Assembly (NCBI GenBank): GCA_002269645.1 | Contig: NIVC01003656.1 | Span: forward strand, 1 to 37,420 | Origin: Macrostomum lignano | Taxonomy: Eukaryota | DNA: 37,420 nt | Direction of reading: 5' to 3' | Shown here: positions 30,495-37,420 of the stretch, piece by piece | How positions within the stretch are numbered: position 1 is the first letter of the stretch | Layout: every line of letters begins with the position of its first letter | Notes under the pieces: generated by a model | The model's database searches: none | What the model saw: only the letters and a program-made list of their open reading frames with translations | Told to the model about the DNA's origin: nothing | Position numbers and translations under genes: made by a program

Positions 30495-30519
30495 CTCCCT
30501 CCCCTTTCCACCGGCCAAC

Positions 30520-31041
30520 CTTTTCCTCTCCGTCGCTGTCATCAGCTGCGGGCGCAGCTTCAGCAGGCCGCGGCCGAGACTTCGCAACGATGGCCGAGGT
30601 GGCACCGCCTCCGCCGCCTCCGCCTCCATTCGCAGTCGCCGCCTTGGCCTGGCCGAGGCTGGCTCTGAGCAGCTCCGATTCTTCCGTGCGCGCCCGAAGC
30701 TGCTCGGCCAGCGCGTCGACCTGCGCCGAGCGCGCCTCGGCCAGTTGGAGCGCCTGGCGCAGGCGCGCCAAGTCGCCGTCGTAGCCCTCCAGCAGCTGGT
30801 CCTTGCGCTCGGCGCGCTCCCGCATCTGACGGACCCGCTCGGCGATGAGCTCGGCGGCTTTGTCCCGCTCGGAGGTCAAACGGCGCCGCTCGGCAACGTC
30901 GGCCGCCTGCGACATCGGCAGCTGGCCGGGGAGGGGGCCGGTGAGGCGGAGCGCGCCGGTCAGGGCGCTGACCAGGCTGAGGTAGCAGCGCTCGGACGCT
31001 TCCAGACTGGCGGCCGCCTGCGCGTGCGTGCTGCGCTCCGT
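30520..31041 (-). CDS. FHAD1: FHAD1-like exon
   Basis: ccccag|TERSTHAQAAASLEASERCYLSLVSAL...ERKDQLLEGYDGDLARLRQ...GEEK|gttggc. 522 nt, phase 0/0. Resembles the FHAD1 C-terminal motifs as I recall them (ALELSEKLY; RKEELLRGYEKD). Confidence 0.85.
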
Positions 31042-31059
31042 CTGGGGGTTTGGGCGGTG

Positions 31060-31655
31060 GGGGATTTCCTCACTTGAGCTGGGAAATCGCGGGAAATCCC
31101 AAATGGAAGGGATTCCCCGTAGTAATGACCTTAACGGAAATCCTAATAGGTGGGATTCCCTGAGCGATTAATCAGACGGAATTCTCTTCCACCGAAGGGA
31201 TTCCCAGTAGTAGTGATCTGAGTAAAGATATCAAAACTTGGGGTTCCAAGGAACATTTATTTAAGGGAAATCCCAATGAGAGGGACTTCACATAAAATAA
31301 AAAATCCCTTTCTCAACTAATTCGACGAAAATCCCAATGAGGATTCTGCATCACAATCTGAAACAATTCCCATACTGATTAACTTGACTGAAATCCCAAT
31401 GGGATAGATTCATTCCTCTGACTGGTTAAAAAGATGGAAATCCCAAAAGAGAGATTCCAATTCTCAATGAATTCGAGGGAAATCCCAGTAGGGGGAAACC
31501 CTAGAGTGGTTAATTAGATGGAAATCCCCTTGGAGGGATTCCCCTTCTTAAAGAATTTTCAATGAATTCGAGGGAAATCCCAGTAGGGGGAAACCCTAGA
31601 GTGGTTAATTAGAGGGAAATCCCCTTGGAGGGATTCCCCTTCTTAAGAGGGACTT
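31060..31655. repeat. Diverged ~45-bp dyad-symmetric repeat (GGAAATCCC...GGGATTCCC) with a 95-bp-period duplication
   Basis: Motif pair recurs about 12 times; near-identical ~84-bp blocks start at 31466 and 31561. Confidence 0.8.
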
Positions 31656-31689
31656 CACAAATGAGTTAAAAAGCGCAGTGCAGCCAAAC

Positions 31690-31880
31690 CTGCAGCTCAG
31701 CATTCGTGGTGGCAATCCTGGCCAATCCGGTGGATCCCAGCTCCTTGTCCAGGTCCCCAGCCAGGCCAGTGGGAGTCTGCGAGTACCGGCCGGTCTCGGC
31801 CAGCGCCTGCCGCGATCGCATCTCGGCCAGCTCGCGTTTGAGCAGCGCCACCTGCTGCACCGTGTGGTCGTGGCTGTTGG
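31690..31880 (-). CDS. FHAD1: FHAD1-like exon
   Basis: tcgccag|..NSHDHTVQQVALLKRELAEMRSRQALAE...NAELQ|gtttgg. 191 nt, phase 1 to phase 0. Confidence 0.82.
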
Positions 31881-32049
31881 CTGGCGAAGGCGGTACGTAG
31901 GGTTTAATAAGGGGATTTTTCAACTCTGGGATTTTAACTTTTTTCAATGTAGAAGGTGGCGATTTTTTTGGGAAGTTGGGGAACTTTCTGTGGTAGCCTC
32001 CCCCCACAGTTCCTGAAGGGGATTCTGTTTGGGAGAAGAAACTGGGAAA

Positions 32050-32685
32050 GGGGAGGTTCTACCTGGGAAAGAGGAGATTCTACCTGGTGAAGGGGAGATT
32101 CTACCTGGGAAAGAGGATATTCTACCTGGGAAAGAGGAGATTCTACCTGGGAAAGAAGATATTCTACCTGGGGAAGGGAGATGCTACCTGGGAAAGAGGA
32201 GATTCGACCTGGGAAAGGGGATATTCTACCTGGGAAAGGGGATATTCTACCTGGGGAAGGGGAGATTCTACTGGGAAAGAGGAGATTCTACCTGGGGAAG
32301 GGGATATTCTACCTGGGAAAGGGGAGATTCTACCTGGGAAAAGGGAGATTCTACCTGCCTGGGGAAGGGGAGATTCTACCTGGGGAAGGGGAGGTTCTAC
32401 CTGGGAAAGGGGAGATTCTACCTGCGGAAGGGGAGGTTCTACCTGGGAAAGAGGAGATTCTACCTGGGGAAGGGGAGATTTTACCTGGGAAAAGAGAGAT
32501 TCTACCTGTGGAAAGAGGAGATTCTACCTGGGAAAGGGGATATTCTACCTGGGAAAGGGGAGATTCTACCTGGGAAAAGGGAGATTCTACCTGGGGAAGG
32601 GGAGATTTTACCTGGGAAAAGAGAGATTCTACCTGTGGAAAGAGGAGATTCTACCTGGGAAAGGGGATATTCTACCTGGGGAAGG
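32050..32685. repeat. 21-22-bp minisatellite GGGAGATTCTACCTGGGAAAG x~29
   Basis: Direct reading; source of the GKGEILP ORFs. Confidence 0.96.
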
Positions 32686-32738
32686 GCAGTTTCTCCACGG
32701 AGGGAGAGGATTCAACGAGTCCATCTCCAGTCACTCAC

Positions 32739-34228
32739 TGGTTGGCCTGCCCAGCTCCAAGTCCTTCAGCCGCTGCCGCAGTTCGCTGAGCGCCTCGCGC
32801 TGGTGCCGAATGATGTCGGCGTGTCGCTCGCCCCGGCACTGGTGGCCCAGCGCTGCGAGCTCCGACTCCACAGTGCCGCTGTCGGCCCGGGCCTCCGCCG
32901 CCTCCGCCGCCGCCTCCGCCGCCTCCGCCGCCTTCGCTTTGGCGGCCGAATTTGACGAGATTCGATCGGCCTGCTGGCGCAGCTGCTGCTGCAGCTCCTT
33001 GGCTTGGGCGTCCCGCGCCTCCAGCGTCGACTTCAGTTTCTTGATGACACCGCGCTGCTTCTCCAGCTGGGCCGCGGACTCGGCAAGCCGGTCACGCTGC
33101 CGCTCCGTCAGCTCCGTCAGCTTGTCCGCCCGGGCGTTCGCGGCCGCGGCCTCCGCTTCCGCGTTGCGCTGACGCCGGCGACAGGCCTCCAGCTCGGCGG
33201 TGGACCGCGGCGGCTGTGGCGACGGCTGCTGCTGTGGTGGCGGAGGCGGCTGTGCAGCCCGCGATGCAGCAGCCGCTGCCGGCGTTGCTGCCGCGGCCTC
33301 CGCTTCGGCCAGCCGAGTTGCCAGGCGGCCGAGCTCCGCTCGGATGCCCGCGTTTTCTCGGCGCAGCGAGGCCGCCTCCGCCTCGGCGGCGTCCAGCTTT
33401 GCCTTGGTCGACTGGAGATCGCCAGATGCTTCAGCTGGAGCCAGCGGTGGCGGCGGCGGAGCCTCGATCGGGGGCGTTGGCGTTGGATCGACTGTCTTCA
33501 CGGAAGCGTTGGATGGTTCAGCTTGCTTCTGCTGCTGCTGCTGCTGCAGGCGCTGCTGCTCCGCCAGCTGTTGTTCCAACTGCCGCTGCTGCAACTCGTG
33601 CCGGGACCGCATGCTGTCCGCCTCGCTCCGCGCCGACTCCAGGTCAGTTTGCAGTCGGCCGCCCTGGCGCCGCGTCTCCTCCAGCTCGTCTTGCAGCCGG
33701 CGATTTTCCGCCGACAGCCTCCGGAGTTGCTCGCGCAGCTCGCGCGCCTCCGCCTCGCGCCGCTCGTCCGACTTGCGCGCCGCCGCGTCCGAAGCCTCGC
33801 CGCCGGCCTCCGCCTCGGCCAGGCGGGCGCGCAGATCGGCCTCTCGTTGGCGCACCTCCTCCAGCTCCTTGGCCAGGGCGCCGCCGCGAGCCGCTTCCTC
33901 GTCATGGCGCCGTTTAAGCGCCTCTTCCAGGTCGGCGAGCGCCGCGCGCTGACCAGCGGCCTCGCGCTCGGCTGCCTCTCGCCGGCGCTCGGCCTCGGCA
34001 GCGACTGCGGCCTCCACGGCGGCGGCGCGCTCCGACGGGCCTCGGCGGCGGCGGCTTCCAGGGCGTCGGCAAGCCGCGCCTCCCAGTCCCGGCGCAGCCG
34101 TTCGCCCAATTCGGTCAGGTCGGAGCCGGCGCGCGACTCCAGCTCGGCTAGGCGAGCTCGGGAGCGCGCCAGCTGGGCTTCAGTGTCGGACCAGCGCGCT
34201 CGCAACTGCGCCAAATGATGCGCCGGGC
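32739..34228 (-). CDS. FHAD1: FHAD1-like large coiled-coil exon with a 1-nt frameshift near 34032
   Basis: ccctcag|..[12 protein letters not shown]...EARR /shift/ ERAAAVEAA...[33 protein letters not shown]..a|gtgagt. The CRGERH...QREALSELR motif matches FHAD1 as recalled. Length 1490 is 1 nt short for phase 1/1. Confidence 0.85.
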
Positions 34229-34506
34229 CTGAGGGCGCGGATTTGAATTGCCGGCTAATGAAAGCTTGAGGCGCAAAATAGCCTATTACTAACCGCTGCC
34301 AATTTAGCTTAACCTGCACTGCTAAAAACTGATCTAGACCTGCCGAAAGTCGACAATCTTTATTCACTACTATTAACAACGTAAAATAAGTAGTCAAGCG
34401 TGCGCATGACTTATTAATCTTTTACTGAATCCAGTTAAATCCAGAAAATTGCGTCCCTTCTCAGCTATTTAAACAAAAAACACCGGAAATCCAACCGAAA
34501 ACTCAC

Positions 34507-35048
34507 TGGCGTCGGACAGGCGCACCGAGGCGCCGCACTCCTCCAGAGCCGCCTCTGTGTCCTCCTGCCACCGCAGCTGCTGCCGCAGGTCCTCCAGCAC
34601 CGCCGCAGTCAGCGGCCTCAGCGGCGCCGCTTCTGCTGCCTCGGCCGCCGCTTCCGGAGACGCCGCAGCCGCCTCGGCCGCCGTTTCGGCCGCCGCCAGC
34701 AGCGCCACCTCGTCGGCCAGGGCGGCAGCTGACCGGCCACGCTCGGCCAGCCGTCCGAATGCTTCGGCCAGGCGGTCGCGGCAGGCGGCAACAGCGCCGG
34801 CGCCGAGGGCGCGCGCTCGACCGACGTCTTCCAGCGCGGCGCGCAGTCGATCAGCTTCGGCGCGCAGTTCGGCGCGCTGTTCAACGGCGCCAGCCACGGC
34901 GTCCAGCAGCTCATCGTCAGTAACCAGGCCCTCCGGCCGCGGCGCGTCGGGCATACCGAAGGCGATGGACATCAGGCGGGAGCGGAGCCGCTCCAGGCGG
35001 TTGCTTGCCTGCTGAAGGTCCACCCTGACCAGCCGCTCCGCGCGCTTC
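34507..35048 (-). CDS. FHAD1: FHAD1-like exon
   Basis: gccgcag|G KRAERLVRVDLQQASNRLERLRSRLMSIAFG...VTDDELLDAV...SDA a|gtgagt. 542 nt, phase 2 to phase 1. Confidence 0.87.
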
Positions 35049-35158
35049 CTGCGGCAAAATTTAGGAATGATGGATCTCTGGAGTGACCATCTGGGCGGGT
35101 GACTGTTCTTGCTGATCCTCTTTGCTGCTGCTGGACGCTTTGAAACTTCGCTTGTCAA

Positions 35159-35543
35159 ACACCTGTCAATCCACCTTCAATCACCTGTCAATCCACCCTC
35201 AATCACCTGTCAATCCACCTTCAATCACCTGTCAATCCATTCTCAATCACCTGTCAATCCATTCTCAATCACCTGTCAATCCACCCTCAATCACCTGTCA
35301 ATCCATTCTCAATCACCTGTCAATCCATTCTCAATCACCTGTCAATCCACCCTCAATCACCTGTCAATCCATTCTCAATCACCTGTCAATCCATTCTCAA
35401 TCACCTGTCAATCCATTCTCAATCACCTGTCAATCCATTCTCAATCACCTGTCAATCCATTCTCAATCACCTGTCAATCCACCATAAATCACCTGTCAAT
35501 CCATTCTCAATCACCTATCAATCCATCCTTAATCACCTGTCAA
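35159..35543. repeat. 22-bp minisatellite TCAATCACCTGTCAATCCA(TT/CC)C x18
   Basis: 18 counted copies of CACCTGTCAA (one variant), in register with the adjacent exon donor. Confidence 0.97.
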
Positions 35544-35559
35544 TCAGAGTGCCACTCAC

Positions 35560-35792
35560 CTGTCAACCGCCTGCGCCCTGGCCGTCTCCAGCTCCGCGCC
35601 AAGCTGACGGGCCGTCGCTGCCTCCCGTTCGGCGACCGCGTGCGCTGCGTCCAGCCCAGCGCGCAGGTCACGAGCGGCCGCGTCGCGCGCCTCCGAACGC
35701 GCCTCCGCGTCGCGCAATCGAGCGCGCAAGTTGGCGAGTTCGCGCTCTCGCACCTGTCGCGCCTCGGCTTCGGCTTTGGCGTCGGCGGGAGT
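35560..35792 (-). CDS. FHAD1: FHAD1-like exon
   Basis: ccctcaag|TPADAKAEAEARQVRERELANLRARLRDAE...AQAVD ag|gtgagt. 233 nt, phase 0 to phase 2. Confidence 0.85.
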
Positions 35793-35833
35793 CTTGAGGG
35801 AGGAGGAGTGAGGAAGGATTAGGAAAACTGAAT

Positions 35834-35965
35834 GGATGAAGGATGCAAGAGGCTGGATTGATGAAGGATTTGGGGAATGGAGGCTGGAAAGATGAAGGAT
35901 TGGGGATGGAGGCTGGAAAGATGAAGGATTGGGGATGGAGGCTGGAAAGATGAAGGATTCGGAAA
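35834..35965. repeat. 29-bp minisatellite GGAGGCTGGAAAGATGAAGGATTGGGGAT x~4
   Basis: Direct reading. Confidence 0.88.
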
Positions 35966-36606
35966 TGGTGACTTCAAAGGGAATAGCAACTATAACAAAA
36001 TGCTGGATGAAGGACCAGAAGAAAGCAGTTGCTGCTGCTATACAAGGCATTTTGGGAAGTCTACCGAAAAAAACTGAACTTAAAATGGTGAAGTGGCTGC
36101 CTGCGTGGTGACGTGAGCAGCACCTTCAATGCTCCAAAGGAAACGAATGGAAATGAGCAAAAAAGACCTTAAAGTTTCTATGACTATCACTACCGAAGGC
36201 ATGCAATTAAATGCAATTCAATATTCTGTTCTGCTTGAGGCAGAAATCCCCTCACATCGCACAGCGTTGTGAAACTGATAACATTAATTTTGTGAGCCCT
36301 TGATTTGCTAATAATTTTACCTTCCAATAAATCCGTTATAACAGCACTGAAGCAGATAATTGCAGGGTTAGCAAAATGGTAGGTAAAGATGAGAGAAATT
36401 AATAACCAATTGTTTGGTCACTAGTTTGATTAGGTTGATTGCATACTCACTTTAGTTGTCAAGCTAGTTATTCGTTGGTCCTTCGTTTTTATTGTATCTT
36501 TTAGTGTCTCGATTTCTCTGGCCAATCGGGTTATCGTTGCGTCCTGAAATTAGTGCGCAATAAAAGCTCGTTGTGATAAGCAGTAAAAGTTTAGAGGGTG
36601 GAGAGG

Positions 36607-37265
36607 GTGTACGCTCGTACATTGGCTCAGCTAGGGTCGGGGTAAAGCGAGAATGTACACTAGCTCAGCTAGTTGTCGGGAGGGTAGCAAGAGTGTACAT
36701 TGGCTCAGCTAGGGGTCGGGGATAGCGGGAGTGTACATTGGCTCAGCTAGGGGTCGGGGGATACGGGAGTGTACATTAGCTCAGCTAGGAGTCGGGGATA
36801 GCGGGAGTGTACATTGCTCAGCTAGGGGTCGGGGGATAGCGGAGTGTACATTTACTCAGCTAGGAGTCGGGGATAGCGAAGTGTACATTGGCTCAGCTAG
36901 GGTCGGGGGGATAGCGGAGTGTACATTGGCTCAGCTAGGGTCGGGGGATAGCGGGAGTGTACATTAGCTCAGCTAGGGGTCGGGGGATAGCGGGAGTGTA
37001 CATTAGCTCAGCTAGGGGTCGGGGGATAGCGGGAGTGTACATTAGCTCAGCTAGGGGTCGGGGGATAGCGGGAGTGTACATTAGCTCAGCTAGGGGTCGG
37101 GGGATAGCGGGAGTGTACATTAGCTCAGCTAGGGGTCGGGGGATAGCGGGAGTGTACATTAGCTCAGCTAGGGTCGGGGGATAGCGGGAGTGTACATTAG
37201 CTCAGCTAGGGGTCGGGGATAGCGGGAGTGTACATTAGCTCAGCTAGGGGTCGGGGGGATAGCGA
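36607..37265. repeat. ~39-bp G-rich minisatellite GTGTACATTAGCTCAGCTAGGGGTCGGGGGATAGCGGGA x~17
   Basis: Direct reading; degenerate at the left end. Confidence 0.96.
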
Positions 37266-37339
37266 GGGTGTAGAGTGGAATTCAATGAAAAGAAGCATCT
37301 CAGCAATTAGTCAGAGAGATTCTAAACGCAAAGCCAAAC

Positions 37340-37420
37340 CTTTCCAGTCATGTCCCTCTGCATCTGGGTGAGCAGCCCGCAGCAATGCCGGCGTCTTTGC
37401 GCAACCGGTCGAGTTCGCGA
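37340..37420 (-). CDS. FHAD1: FHAD1-like exon, truncated by the window edge, with a probable 1-nt frameshift near 37378
   Basis: RELDRLRKDAGIA /shift/ GLLTQMQRDMTGK|gtttgg; the phase-0 donor is compatible with the next exon. Confidence 0.65.

Overview
Eukaryotic (animal) genomic DNA with GC-rich Ala/Gln/Pro-rich exons and roughly 35-40% tandem repeats. The style resembles the repeat-rich flatworm Macrostomum, but that is an inference I cannot confirm. Two spliced minus-strand genes were reconstructed by hand. (1) A complete prospero/PROX homeobox gene: 5 coding exons at 12026-10251, 9511-9206, 6852-6698, 3125-2981 and 2678-2493, about 855 aa, with all exon phases consistent. (2) The 3' part of an FHAD1-like coiled-coil gene: 8 exons between 37420 and 29333, with one clear and one probable 1-nt frameshift. 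A possible exon of a third minus-strand gene lies at about 164-395. Nearly all long ORFs in the track are artefacts of repeats or antisense shadows of exons. Highlights: a minor-spliceosome (U12)-like GT-AG intron at the position of the Drosophila prospero AT-AC twintron; a 31-bp perfectly palindromic micro-element with an 8-bp target-site duplication, plus a second similar one; an 18-copy minisatellite that is an in-register amplification of the neighbouring exon's own splice donor; a 5.2-kb (ACTA)n array with higher-order structure; and a different tandem array in 9 of 11 coding introns. No prokaryotic features, rRNA, tRNA or CRISPR were seen.
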